Source: Mycobacteriales bacterium
GTDB taxonomy: Bacteria; Actinomycetota; Actinomycetes; Mycobacteriales; QHCD01
Assembly (NCBI GenBank): GCA_051000035.1
Contig: JBPCOR010000100.1
Span: forward strand, 1 to 26,338
DNA: 26,338 bases
Reading direction: 5' to 3'
Part shown: one piece after another, positions 1 to 9,442 of the stretch
How positions within the stretch are numbered: the first letter of the stretch is position 1
Layout of the letters: each line of letters opens with the position of its first letter
The notes under the pieces: generated by a model
Database searches by the model: none
What the model saw: only the letters and a program-made list of their open reading frames with translations
What the model was told of the DNA's origin: nothing
Position numbers and translations under genes: made by a program

Positions 1-264
1 GTGCGAGGCCGGGACTGCGCCCCGCCGCCGGTCATCGTGCGGGTGCTCGGCGCGCGGCAGGCCGTTCAGGGCATCGCGCAGATCGCCCGCCCCCGCCGCG
101 GAGTCCTGCTCGGCGGCGCCGTCATCGATGTCGTCCATGCCGTCAGCATGGTCGCGCTCGCAGTCCTCGATCCGCGCCACCGACGGCTCGCCTCAACCAG
201 TGCAGCGGCCGCGATCGGATCGGCGGCCCTCGGCGTCGCCGGCGCCCCGGCCGGCCGTCGATGA
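1..264 (+). CDS. Small hydrophobic hypothetical protein (possibly 5'-partial)
   Basis: VRVLGARQAVQG...DVVHAVSMVALAVLDPRHRR pattern recalled from small actinobacterial membrane proteins; its stop overlaps the GH15 start (ATGA 261-264). Confidence 0.55.
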   Translation: MRGRDCAPPPVIVRVLGARQAVQGIAQIARPRRGVLLGGAVIDVVHAVSMVALAVLDPRHRRLASTSAAAAIGSAALGVAGAPAGRR

Positions 265-2027
265 CACCCCGGGCGCGGTCGTCGGAGCCCTTCGACTACC
301 GGCCGCACGTCCTGCGCGAGTATTCGCTGCTCGCCGACGGCGAGCGTGGCGCGATCATCGGCCCGCACGGCGACGTCGTCTGGATGTGTGTCCCCCGCTG
401 GGACAGCGGCGCGGTCTTCAGCACTCTCATCGGCGGCCCCGGAGGGTTCGCGATCACCCCGCAGGAGCGCTTCGTCTGGGGCGGATTCTACGAGGAGGGC
501 TCGCTGATCTGGCGCAGCCACTGGGTCACCGGGCGCGGCACCATCGAGTGCCGCGAGGCCCTGGCGATGCCGGCCGACCCGCACCGCGCCGTGCTGCTCC
601 GCCGGGTCAGCACGGTCAACTGTGACGCGGCGCTGCAGATGCATCTGGACCCGTGCGCGGAATACGGCGAGGTTCCGCTGACCGACCTGCACCGGCACGG
701 CGAGGTGTGGACGGCGCGCGCCGGCGAGCTGCGGATCCGGCTCACCGGTGCCGGTGCGGCCCGCGGCGCGAAGAGTGGCGCATCGCAGCGGCTCCACATG
801 CCGCTGACTGTGCCGGCCGGATCGGACCACGACGTCGCACTGGAGATCAGCGACGAGGAGCTACCGGAGCAGCCGCCGTCGCCGCCAGAGTTGTGGCGAG
901 CCACCGAGGCCGCCTGGCAGGCAGCCGTTCCCACCTTCGAAGCCGGCCTGGATCCGAGAGCAAGCCGGCACAGTTACGCCGTCCTGCGCGGGCTCACCAG
1001 CGCGTCGGGCGGCATGGTCGCCGCCGCGACCACCAGCCTGCCCGAGCGCGCCGAGGCCGGCCGCAATTACGACTACCGCTACTTCTGGATGCGCGACCAG
1101 AGCTTCGCCGGGCAGGCGGCTGCGGCGGCCGGCGGCGGCGATCTGCTGCAGGACGCGGTGACCTTTACGACGGCACGGTTACTCGAGCACGGCGACCGGC
1201 TCGCACCGGCGTACACCACGACCGGTGATCCGGTGCCCGACCAGCGGCGGCTACGACTCGACGGCTATCCCGGCGGGTCCGATCTGATCGGTAACTGGGT
1301 CAACAAGCAGTTCCAACTCGACGCCTTCGGCGAGGCGCTGCTGTTGCTCGCCGCGGCTGGACGGCACCGACTCGATACCGACAATTGGCGGGCCGCCGAA
1401 ATTGCCGCCGAAGCCATCGGAAAGCGCTGGACCGAGCCGGATGCCGGCATCTGGGAGATCGACGACCAGCCGTGGACGCACAGCCGGCTGACCAGCGTCG
1501 CGGGGCTTCGGGCGATCTCGGCGCACCATCCCGCCCCGCATAAGGTGGCCGAGTGGCTCGCCCTGGCCGACCGGATCACCGCCGACACCGCGTCGACCTC
1601 ACTGCACCCCGACGGGCACTGGCAGCGCTCCCCGACCGACCCGCGCACCGACGGTGCGCTGTTGCTGCCGTCGTTGCGCGGTGCCCTGCCGGCCGACGAT
1701 CCGCGCACGATCGCCACCCTGCGGGCGTACACCCGCGAACTCGTGGTGGACGGTTACGCCTACCGGTTCCGCCACGACGACCGGCCGCTGGCCGACGCCG
1801 AGGGATCGTTCGTGCTGTGCGGCTTCTTGATGGCGCTGGCGACGGCCGCGCAGGGTCGGCGCGACGAGGCCATCGGCTGGTGGGAGCGCAGCCGCGCAGC
1901 CTGCGGGCCGCCGATGCTGCTGGCCGAGGAGTACGACGTCGGCGAGAACCAGATGCGCGGGAATCTCCCCCAGGCGTTCGTACACGCATTGCTGCTCGAG
2001 TGCTCCGCACGGCTGGCAGCGACATGA
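261..2027 (+). CDS. Glycoside hydrolase family 15 (trehalase/glucoamylase-like)
   Basis: N-terminal LLADGERGA..WMCVPRWDS; NYDYRYFWMRD motif; acid-Glu region GIWE; base-Glu region LLAEEYD; C-terminal GNLPQAFVH. Confidence 0.93.
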   Translation: MTPRARSSEPFDYRPHVLREYSLLADGERGAIIGPHGDVVWMCVPRWDSGAVFSTLIGGPGGFAITPQERFVWGGFYEEGSLIWRSHWVTGRGTIECREALAMPADPHRAVLLRRVSTVNCDAALQMHLDPCAEYGEVPLTDLHRHGEVWTARAGELRIRLTGAGAARGAKSGASQRLHMPLTVPAGSDHDVALEISDEELPEQPPSPPELWRATEAAWQAAVPTFEAGLDPRASRHSYAVLRGLTSASGGMVAAATTSLPERAEAGRNYDYRYFWMRDQSFAGQAAAAAGGGDLLQDAVTFTTARLLEHGDRLAPAYTTTGDPVPDQRRLRLDGYPGGSDLIGNWVNKQFQLDAFGEALLLLAAAGRHRLDTDNWRAAEIAAEAIGKRWTEPDAGIWEIDDQPWTHSRLTSVAGLRAISAHHPAPHKVAEWLALADRITADTASTSLHPDGHWQRSPTDPRTDGALLLPSLRGALPADDPRTIATLRAYTRELVVDGYAYRFRHDDRPLADAEGSFVLCGFLMALATAAQGRRDEAIGWWERSRAACGPPMLLAEEYDVGENQMRGNLPQAFVHALLLECSARLAAT

Positions 2028-2057
2028 CACCGCGCGGCTCGCCGCGACATGACACCG
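2019..2057 (+). repeat. 14-bp direct repeat GCGACATGACACCG, two copies
   Basis: Exact copies at 2019-2032 and 2044-2057; the first spans the GH15 stop codon. Confidence 0.8.
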
Positions 2058-2135
2058 GGCGCAACTGACCGAACGGCGCGACACGGCGTGCTTTACGTGA
2101 AATCGTCTCGGTCAGCGCGATGATGTGATCCGGCC

Positions 2136-2891
2136 ATGGGAGGGATGACCACGGTGCTCGGCCTACCCGATGACGTCACCTGCTGCTTGTTCGACCTGGA
2201 CGGCGTGCTGACCCAGACGGCAAAGGTGCATTGCGCTGCCTGGAAGCAGATGTTCGACGGCTTCCTCCGGCAGCGCGACGGCGATGACTTCCAGCCGTTC
2301 GATCCGCACCGTGACTACGACGAATACGTCGACGGCAAACCCCGCGAGGACGGGATCCGCGATTTCCTCGGCTCCCGCCAGATCACCCTGCCGGAGGGAG
2401 ATCGGGACGACCCGGCTGAGGCCGAGACGGTCTACGGGCTGGGCAATCGCAAGAATGCCCTGCTGCTGCAGCGGATCGAGCGGGACGGCGTCGAGGTGTA
2501 CGACGGTTCGGTTGCCTACCTGCGCGCCGCGAAGGACGCCGGACTGCGACGTTTCGTGGTGTCCTCCAGCGCCAATACCAGGCAGGTCCTCGAGGTCACC
2601 GGCCTGGTCGACCTCGTCGAGGGCCGGGTCGACGGCGTCACCCTGGCCGAACAGCACCTGCGCGGCAAACCGGCCCCGGACTCGTTCCTGGCCGGCGCCG
2701 AACTCGCCGGCGTGAAGCCGGCGCAGGCGGCGGTCTTCGAGGACGCGCTCGCCGGGGTGCAGGCCGGCCGGGACGGCAACTTCGGCTACGTCGTGGGCGT
2801 CGACCGGGTCGGGCAGGCCGACGGGCTGCGGGCGCACGGCGCCAGCGTCGTCGTGCAGGATCTCGCCGAGCTCCTCGACGAGGCGCGATGA
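2136..2891 (+). CDS. HAD-family beta-phosphoglucomutase-like hydrolase
   Basis: FDLDGVLT (DxD), VVSSS, GKPAPD and VFEDA motifs; adjacent to GH65. The start could be ATG 2145. Confidence 0.92.
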   Translation: MGGMTTVLGLPDDVTCCLFDLDGVLTQTAKVHCAAWKQMFDGFLRQRDGDDFQPFDPHRDYDEYVDGKPREDGIRDFLGSRQITLPEGDRDDPAEAETVYGLGNRKNALLLQRIERDGVEVYDGSVAYLRAAKDAGLRRFVVSSSANTRQVLEVTGLVDLVEGRVDGVTLAEQHLRGKPAPDSFLAGAELAGVKPAQAAVFEDALAGVQAGRDGNFGYVVGVDRVGQADGLRAHGASVVVQDLAELLDEAR

Positions 2892-5254
2892 TCACCGAGT
2901 CGCGATTCCGCGCCGAGCCGTGGGCGGTCCGCGAGCTCGGACTGAGCCTCGATCAGCTCGCTCAATCCGAGTCGGTATTCGCGCTCGCCAACGGCCACAT
3001 CGGCGTGCGGGGCAATCTCGACGAGGGCGACCCGAGCGGACTGCCCGGCACCTACCTCAACTCCTTCTACGAACAGCGTCCACTGCCCTACGCCGAGGCC
3101 GGCTACGGCTATCCCGAGTCCGGCCAGACCGTTCTGAATGTCACCAACGGCAAGCTGATCCGGTTGCTCGTCGACGACGAACCACTCGACCTGCGCTACG
3201 GCACGGCGCGCCACCACGAGCGGATCCTCAACCTGCGTTCGGGGCTGCTGCACCGGGTGATGGAGTGGGAATCCCCATCGGGACGGGTGATCCGGCTGCG
3301 TTCGACGCGACTGGTGTCCTTCACCCAGCGCGCGATCATGGCGATCCGGTACGAGGTCGAGGCCATCGGGGCGCCGACCCGCGTCGTCCTGCAATCGGAG
3401 CTGGTGGCCAACGAAGAGCTGCCGACCGCGTCGGCCGACCCGCGAGCGGCGGCGGCTCTGGAGCATCCGCTGGAGGCCGAGGAGCACAGCACCAGTGGCA
3501 ACCGGTCGTTGCTGATCCACCGGACCCGAGTGAGCAACCTGCGGATGGCCGCGGCGATGGACCACCTCGTCCACAATAGAGCCGGCGCGATCCCACACAC
3601 CTACATCCGGCCGGACTGGGCGCGCACCACGGTCGGCACCCGGCTGGAACCCGGCGAGCGCCTGGGTATCACGAAGTTCGTCGCCTACGGCTGGTCCAGT
3701 CAGCGCTCCCTGCCCGCCCTGCGCGACCAGGTCGACGCCGCCCTGTCGGCCGTCCTGCACACCGGCTGGGAAGGGCTACTCGCGGAGCAGCGAGCCTACG
3801 TCGAAGAGTTCTGGGACGGTGCCGACGTCGAGGTCGACGGCGACCCGGCCGTGCAGCAGGCCGTCCGATTCGGCCTCTTTCACGTTCTGCAGGCCGGCGC
3901 CCGCGCCGAGCGGCGGGCGATCCCGGCGAAGGGCCTGACCGGATCGGGCTACAGCGGTCACGCGTTCTGGGATACCGAGAGTTTCGTCCTGCCGGTTCTC
4001 ACGGCGACCGCGCCGCACGCCGCGGCCGACGCGCTGCGCTGGCGACTGTCCACCATCGACCTTGCCCGCGAGCGGGCGCGCACCCTGAATCTTCGCGGCG
4101 CGGCATTTCCGTGGCGCACCATCCGCGGGCAGGAATGCTCGGCCTACTGGCCGGCGGGTACCGCGGCGTTCCACATCAATGCCGACATCGCTCTCGCGGC
4201 CGTGCGGCATGTGCAGTGGACGGGCGACGAGGACTTCGATCGCGAATGCGCGCTGCCGTTGCTGATCGAGACCGCGCGGCTGTGGCAATCCCTCGGCTAC
4301 TACGACGACGCGGGTGGTTTCCACATCGACGGCGTGACCGGCCCGGACGAATACAGCGCCGTCGTCACCGACAACACCTTCACCAATCTGATGGCGGCCC
4401 GCAACCTGCGCTATGCCGCGGAGACGGCCCAACGCTGGCGCACGGAATGCGATGCCTACGACGTCGCCGATGAGGAGATCGCTTCCTGGCGACGGACGGC
4501 CGGAGCGATGACGGTGCCCTACGACGACGGCCGCCGGCTGCACCAGCAGGACCGCGGCTCGACCTACCACGAGGTCTGGGACTTCCAGCAGTCGGCCGAC
4601 ACCGATGCCTACCCCCTGCTGCTGCACGCGCCGTATTTCGACATCTACCGCAAGCAGGTGGTCAAGCAAGCCGACCTGGTGCTGGCCATGCACTGGTGCG
4701 GTGATTCGTTCACTCCGCAGGACAAGGCCCGCGGGTTCGCCTACTACGAGGCGCTGACGGTCCGGGACTCCTCCCTGTCGGCGTGCTCGCAGGCGGTCAT
4801 CGCGGCCGAGGTCGGCCACCTGGATCTGGCCCACGACTACCTCACCGAGGCCGCGCTGATGGATTTGCGCGACCTGGAGCACAACAGCCGCGACGGCGTC
4901 CACGTCGCCTCGCTGGCCGGCGCGTGGCTCGCCCTCGTGTGCGGCTTCGGCGGCCTTCGCGATCACGACGGTGAGCTCACCTTCGCCCCCCGGCTGCCGG
5001 CGACACTGCACAGCATGTCGTTCTCGGTGCGCTGGCGCGGCGCCAAGGTGCGGCTGCGGGTGACGCGCGACGATGCGACGTACACGGTGGAGAACGGCCA
5101 CGACAGCGTGGTCCCACTGCGACACCACGGCAAGGATTTCGAATTGCACATGTCCGAGGCGGTGACGCTGCCCATTCCGCCGATCACGCCGCTGACGCCG
5201 CGCCCGACCCAACCGGTCGGTCGCGAACCCACGATGGCGCTGTCGGTCGAGTAG
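2888..5254 (+). CDS. Glycoside hydrolase family 65 (trehalose/maltose/kojibiose phosphorylase type)
   Basis: [30 protein letters not shown] (catalytic Glu), KQADLVL, DSSLS; ATGA overlap with the HAD gene. Confidence 0.95.
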   Translation: MITESRFRAEPWAVRELGLSLDQLAQSESVFALANGHIGVRGNLDEGDPSGLPGTYLNSFYEQRPLPYAEAGYGYPESGQTVLNVTNGKLIRLLVDDEPLDLRYGTARHHERILNLRSGLLHRVMEWESPSGRVIRLRSTRLVSFTQRAIMAIRYEVEAIGAPTRVVLQSELVANEELPTASADPRAAAALEHPLEAEEHSTSGNRSLLIHRTRVSNLRMAAAMDHLVHNRAGAIPHTYIRPDWARTTVGTRLEPGERLGITKFVAYGWSSQRSLPALRDQVDAALSAVLHTGWEGLLAEQRAYVEEFWDGADVEVDGDPAVQQAVRFGLFHVLQAGARAERRAIPAKGLTGSGYSGHAFWDTESFVLPVLTATAPHAAADALRWRLSTIDLARERARTLNLRGAAFPWRTIRGQECSAYWPAGTAAFHINADIALAAVRHVQWTGDEDFDRECALPLLIETARLWQSLGYYDDAGGFHIDGVTGPDEYSAVVTDNTFTNLMAARNLRYAAETAQRWRTECDAYDVADEEIASWRRTAGAMTVPYDDGRRLHQQDRGSTYHEVWDFQQSADTDAYPLLLHAPYFDIYRKQVVKQADLVLAMHWCGDSFTPQDKARGFAYYEALTVRDSSLSACSQAVIAAEVGHLDLAHDYLTEAALMDLRDLEHNSRDGVHVASLAGAWLALVCGFGGLRDHDGELTFAPRLPATLHSMSFSVRWRGAKVRLRVTRDDATYTVENGHDSVVPLRHHGKDFELHMSEAVTLPIPPITPLTPRPTQPVGREPTMALSVE

Positions 5255-5885
5255 TGAGCAGGAGCTGCCCCACCTGTGCGGCGGCGGCGTGCTCGCCGGC
5301 CTGTCGGGCGCTGCCGAGCGATCCGCGCGAATCCTCGGGAACGTCCGTCGCGAACGTTGCCTCGGCCAGCAGCAACTGCACGCCCGCTGCCAGCTCCACC
5401 ACCCCGGGGCTTGCTCCGCCGTCACCGGTGTAGGCGATCGCGGCATCTCCGATGGTCAGTCGTACGCCGACATTGGGCCCGAAATGCTGCAACGACATGG
5501 TCGCGAGCCGGAATGGGCCGGCCGTGAGCCCATCGCCCGGGGCGAACTCGCGCAGGTCGTAATCCGCGGCGAGCATCTGCCCGTCCAGGGCCAGCACCGC
5601 GTCCACGGCACCGGCCAGGGCGTACACCGGCAGCGCAGGCGGCGGATCCTGGCCGAGGTGACGGGCCCGCAGCAACGGGTTGAGGTCCGCGCAATGGTCG
5701 GGATGGCCATGGGTGATGAATACGGCATCGACGTCGCGGGCCGGCACGTAGGCCAGCAATTCCGGCATCGTGGCATACCCCGGATCCACGAGCAGCCGAA
5801 AACCGGCCGCTTCGATCAGGTAACCACCGCAGGCTCGCTCCGGAGTCGGCCACGCGCCACCGCCGCCCAGCACCGTCATCCGCAT
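5184..5885 (-). pseudogene. MBL-fold metallo-hydrolase (RNase Z/phosphodiesterase-like), apparently 3'-truncated
   Basis: MRMTVLGGGGAWP, LLVDPG, THGHPDH (HxHxDH), YTGD, LAEAT. Similarity stops at LLLT, where the conserved LTH His is expected, exactly at the GH65 stop; the remaining tail is antisense read-through. Start re-called at ATG 5885. Confidence 0.7.
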
Positions 5886-5940
5886 GACGGCCGACCGTAC
5901 CGGTGCCGCGCGGTGAAGACGCGCACCGTCCCCCGAGCCC

Positions 5941-6166
5941 GTCGCCGCGCACCCGGGCACGTCGCTCTCGGCTGCCAGCAACCGTCTCGTGGACGAGGCG
6001 CTGCGCGGCCAAGACCACCCGCTGATCGTGTTCCGGTCCGGCAGGCCGTCGCGCCCGCCTGATTGGCGGCCCAGACGGGTGGCAGGTGATCCGTGCCGTG
6101 CGGGCTGCGCGTCGGGCAGAGCCGTCACTCGAGGCGGATGGGGTGCTGGGTGTCCTGTCCGGATGA
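5941..6166 (+). pseudogene. Relic of a putative RHH/DUF433-like antitoxin gene (frameshifted, truncated)
   Basis: Frame A (5941-6033) VAAHPGTSLSAASNRLVDEALRGQDHPLIVF; frame B (6035-6166) GPAGRRARLIGGPDGWQVIRAVRAARRAEPSLEADGVLGVLSG*. Joined, they match from memory the actinobacterial family ..LVDEALRxxEHP.IVFRDGPAGRRA.L.GGPDVWEVI. Confidence 0.55.
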
Positions 6167-6584
6167 AGGTTGCGGGCGGCCCGTGGGGAGACATGGGCTT
6201 CGCAATCTGGGTCCGGACGTTCCTATGCGGACCTGTCCGAACCTACTTTGCAAGTTGGACGAGCGTCCGGAAAGCTGCAGCGGTCGCCGTAGCAGGAGAG
6301 CGGAGCTGGTCGTTTTCGGTGTTGCACTTGTCGCACCATCACCGGCATTATCGCGGGCGGGGTATCCGGGCAGCTCGGTGTTCGCCGGAGCCTTCAGGCT
6401 CGGCGGCGCTGCCCTGATCCGTAAGCGGTTCGCCCTCCATCATCTTCATCGGCCTTCCCATCGTGGCTATCGCGTTGGCCTTCGGCTATAGGGGACTGCG
6501 CCGAAACCGGCTCTCAGCACGCCAGGCCAGAGGGAGCTGAGGTCGAGCTGTTGGAGACGTCCGAGGTCGGCGGGAGTATCACGA

Positions 6585-7064
6585 TCACGTTCCTTGTGCT
6601 AGTTGGCGGGCGCGGCGGCGCTTGAGGGCCAGATCGGTGGGACGTCCGGCGATGAAGGCGGACAGCAGATCCATGGTGGCGGCGAGATCGCGTCCTCGGA
6701 TACCTGTGTTGATTTGCTCGTAGAGAGCATGTTCGGCTTGGGTGACTGCGTCAGCGACGCGGTGGCCGTCGTGGCTCAGGCGTAGCTCGACAGCGCGCCG
6801 ATCAGCGGCAGCGCTGCGCTCAACCCAACCCAATTGCACCATCGCGCTGACGAGCCGGCTGGGGCTGCCGGTTTCGGAAACCAGGAGCGCACCAAGCTCC
6901 CTGAGCAACAACGGCTCGTGATCCGCCAGCACGCGTAGCGCTTCGGCTTGAGTGGGTGTGACACCGAGCGGGCGCAGCGCAGCAGCGAAGATCCGCTGAC
7001 CCTCACGCTGGGCAGCGAGCACCAGGAAGCGCAACTGTTCGGCTGCCTCGCTATTAGATGGCAT
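6585..7064 (-). CDS. MarR-family transcriptional regulator
   Basis: LGVTPTQAEALRVL, winged helix SPSRLVSAMVQLGWVER..DRRAVELRLS; start re-called at ATG 7064. Confidence 0.88.
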   Translation of the reverse strand: MPSNSEAAEQLRFLVLAAQREGQRIFAAALRPLGVTPTQAEALRVLADHEPLLLRELGALLVSETGSPSRLVSAMVQLGWVERSAAADRRAVELRLSHDGHRVADAVTQAEHALYEQINTGIRGRDLAATMDLLSAFIAGRPTDLALKRRRARQLAQGT

Positions 7065-7101
7065 GTCACGTATTATCCAGGAATCGACGCCGGGAGGCTG
7101 C
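7065..7101. promoter_or_regulatory. 37-bp divergent promoter region marR/doxX with overlapping -10 hexamers
   Basis: + strand TATTAT 7071-7076; - strand GATAAT 7077-7072, 7 nt before the marR ATG (leaderless geometry); GGAGG 7093-7097 before doxX. Confidence 0.5.
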
Positions 7102-7455
7102 ATGTTGCTCGCTGCGAATGTGCTCGCCGGGATCCTCGCCGTGATCTACCTTGCCGTCGGCGTACCCAAGGTGGCCGGTTCCGCAGCCCTGGCAGGCGAA
7201 TTCGTCCGCTTCGGCTACCCCCGGCCGCTGCTCACGCTGACCGGCGCGGCGGAGGTCGCCGGTGCCGGGCTGCTCGTGGCAGGCATCGTCTCAGTGCACG
7301 CGGCCGCGGTAGTCGGGTCGGCACTGCTGATCGCGGTGATGGCTGGCGCTGTCGCCACTCACGTCCGGGTCAGTGACCCAGCCACGAAGATTGCCCCGCC
7401 GGCGCTCCTGCTGCTGCTCCTGGTCGCCGAACTCGCGCTTCGTGCCGCATCCTGA
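7102..7455 (+). CDS. DoxX-family membrane protein
   Basis: YLAVGVPKVAG...FVRFGYPRPL..LTGAAEVAGA..MAGAVATHVR; several hydrophobic segments; GGAGG RBS. Confidence 0.88.
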   Translation: MLLAANVLAGILAVIYLAVGVPKVAGSAALAGEFVRFGYPRPLLTLTGAAEVAGAGLLVAGIVSVHAAAVVGSALLIAVMAGAVATHVRVSDPATKIAPPALLLLLLVAELALRAAS

Positions 7456-7519
7456 CCAATCGGGCGAGGCAGACCAGATCCTGAGCGATCAACGACCCGG
7501 ATGGGATGGAGATCCACGA

Positions 7520-8122
7520 GTGAGGATTCCGAGCACCGAGCAAACCTGCAGGCCCTGGCGGATCCACCAGGTCACCCGCGACTTCCGGCTCGAGGACGTC
7601 TGGGCGCTACCGACACCCGGAGGCCCGGACGACTTTTCTCGCCTGGTGCAGCTGCTGGCCTCAGACGACCCCTCGCAACGCGCCTCCCGCGCCGTCCGCA
7701 CACTCTTCGCGATCCGGTGGAAGATCGGGCGGCTCCTCGGTTGGGACGGCCCGACTGCCAGCCAGGGCTCGCAGTTGCCGACGCTCCGCGACCAGTTGCC
7801 GGCCGATTTGCGCGACGCTCCATCCGGCCCGGACACGCTGCACTTCGCCTCGCTCTACCTGACAGAGGACGAGTGGGCCGCGGAGATCGTCAACCGGACC
7901 GTTCACGGGATCAAGCACATTAGCTGGGTACCAGACGGGACCGGCGGCTACCGCGGCCAGATGGCCGTCTACGTGAAACCAGACGGACTGCTCGGATTGG
8001 CTTACATGGCCGCGATCATGCCGTTCCGACGCCTGATCGTGTACCCAGCGATGATGCGACAGATGAAGCGGGACTGGCGGGCACGCACCGACAATCCAAC
8101 ACCGACGCACGGCGAGCAATAG
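7520..8122 (+). CDS. DUF2867-type protein
   Basis: RPWRIHQVTRDFRLEDVWALPTPGGPDDF and AVYVKPDGLLGLAYMAAIMPFRRLIVYP; GTG 7520 with GGAGA RBS. Confidence 0.8.
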   Translation: MRIPSTEQTCRPWRIHQVTRDFRLEDVWALPTPGGPDDFSRLVQLLASDDPSQRASRAVRTLFAIRWKIGRLLGWDGPTASQGSQLPTLRDQLPADLRDAPSGPDTLHFASLYLTEDEWAAEIVNRTVHGIKHISWVPDGTGGYRGQMAVYVKPDGLLGLAYMAAIMPFRRLIVYPAMMRQMKRDWRARTDNPTPTHGEQ

Positions 8123-8266
8123 GGCGCCGGCGCCGAGCCATCCCGAGCATGGACGCGATCATCGGCACCCCCTCGGCCGCGCTCTGTTGTTCCAGCAGTC
8201 CATCCTCATCTGACGTTGCAGGCGAATTTGCGACGTGCCTGCTGATAGTTGACAGCTCTATCGCGC

Positions 8267-8524
8267 TCAGTGCGCAGGGGCGTCCACGAGCGCGACCGGG
8301 CGGCCGTCGGGACCGTCCAGGTACGCCCGTTGGTGACCGGAGGGATGGCGAAACGGCTCGCGCCGGATCGTAAGACCTCGAACGCGCAACCGCTCCACTT
8401 CGGCAGCCAGGTCGTCGCAGAACACCACGAGTTCGACGGTGTTGCCTTGCACTGGGTCGAGGCCGGACCCCCGCGGTGTTTCTGGAGAAGAGACAGCGAG
8501 CACGCTCGGACCGAGACGCAGCAC
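8267..8524 (-). pseudogene. VOC/glyoxalase-family protein, C-terminal portion only
   Basis: VELVVFCDDLAAEVERLRVRGL..EPF..PSG.RAYLDGPDGRPVALV; in-frame TAG at 8530-8528 just upstream, no RBS, upstream DNA is IS3 sequence. Confidence 0.65.
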
Positions 8525-8525
8525 C

Positions 8526-8746
8526 GTCTATCTCGGTTCGCAGTCGACCTTCTACCGGCTGCTGCGCATCGCGAGTGGCACCGCTGACCGCCGCCGCCAC
8601 GCCGTCCATCCGGCGGCGGTGAAACCCGAACTGGCCGCTGCCGCGCCGAACCAGGTGACTCGTGGGACATCACCAAACTGCACGGGCCGGCGAAGTGGAC
8701 CTACTACTACCTCTACGTGATCCTGGACATCTACTCGCGTTACGTC
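8526..8746 (+). mobile_element. IS3-family transposase internal fragment, frameshifted
   Basis: VYLGSQSTFYRLLR...HPAAVKPELAAAAPNQV / SWDITKLHGPAKWTYYYLYVILDIYSRYV (start of the rve domain with the first catalytic Asp); one base missing at 8658-8659; no terminal inverted repeats seen. Confidence 0.85.
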
Positions 8747-8764
8747 TGTGATCCACTCGGCTGC

Positions 8765-9349
8765 CTAGCTCGGTTGGATCACCTTGCGCATGACGCAGTG
8801 GTTCTTGCCTTTGGGACGCTCGTAGGTGAAGCCGGACCGCTCGAGCATGCTGCGGGTGCCGTTGTAGAGGAACGACCCGGAAACCTTCTTGCCGGCGATG
8901 TCGTACGGATAGGCCTCGACGACGCCACCGCCGGCGGCCGCGATCAGCTCCAACGCGCCGCCGAGGGCGGCGTCGGCGACGCCCTTGCGCCGGTGCCGCC
9001 GGTCGACGAAGAAGCAGGTCAGCCGGTAGTCGGGCACCGGCGCACCCTCATATTCGACCTCCGCGCGGTGCGTGATGCCCGGCAGCTCTTCGGGACTGCC
9101 GTACTGACACCATCCCACCGGGGTCTCGCCGTCGAACACCAGAGCGGCGTGCGCCCTGCCCTCTCGCACCAGCCGCTCCTTGTAGCCACGCCAGTCACCG
9201 GCCCCGCACGCGCGTCGCTCGGCGGAGGTCGCGTTGTGGAACCAACAGCACCAGCAGCCGCCCATTCCGGCGCCGTTGTTCCGTTCGCACAGATCGGCGA
9301 ACGCGTCCCAGGTCTGGCTCGTCAACGCCTTGATCCGGTACTCACCCAT
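8765..9349 (-). CDS. GNAT-family N-acetyltransferase
   Basis: GCWCCWFH, VGWCQYG, TCFFVDRRHRRKGVA (acetyl-CoA motif A), VEAYP, ERSGF; AAGGAGG RBS. Confidence 0.9.
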   Translation of the reverse strand: MGEYRIKALTSQTWDAFADLCERNNGAGMGGCWCCWFHNATSAERRACGAGDWRGYKERLVREGRAHAALVFDGETPVGWCQYGSPEELPGITHRAEVEYEGAPVPDYRLTCFFVDRRHRRKGVADAALGGALELIAAAGGGVVEAYPYDIAGKKVSGSFLYNGTRSMLERSGFTYERPKGKNHCVMRKVIQPS

Positions 9350-9402
9350 CGCGCCGTCCTCCTTCGTCGTGACGCAGGTTCGGTCCCTCGGACCTGTGGC
9401 CG

Positions 9403-9434
9403 ACGGTACGGTGAGTCACGGACGAAAGGCTTCC
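9403..9434 (-). promoter_or_regulatory. Putative WYL-activated promoter of the GNAT gene
   Basis: - strand GGAAG-CCTTT-CGTCCG-N10-TACCGT; same layout as 11145-11176. Confidence 0.6.
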
Positions 9435-9442
9435 TCGACGCG

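Noticed and set aside
6368-6414. GC-rich hairpin with TTCA loop as ncRNA or terminator
   Set aside because: No U-tract, no recognisable RNA family, and such stems are common at this GC content.
8249-8254. Perfect TTGACA
   Set aside because: No -10 hexamer at 16-18 bp and no downstream + strand gene start.
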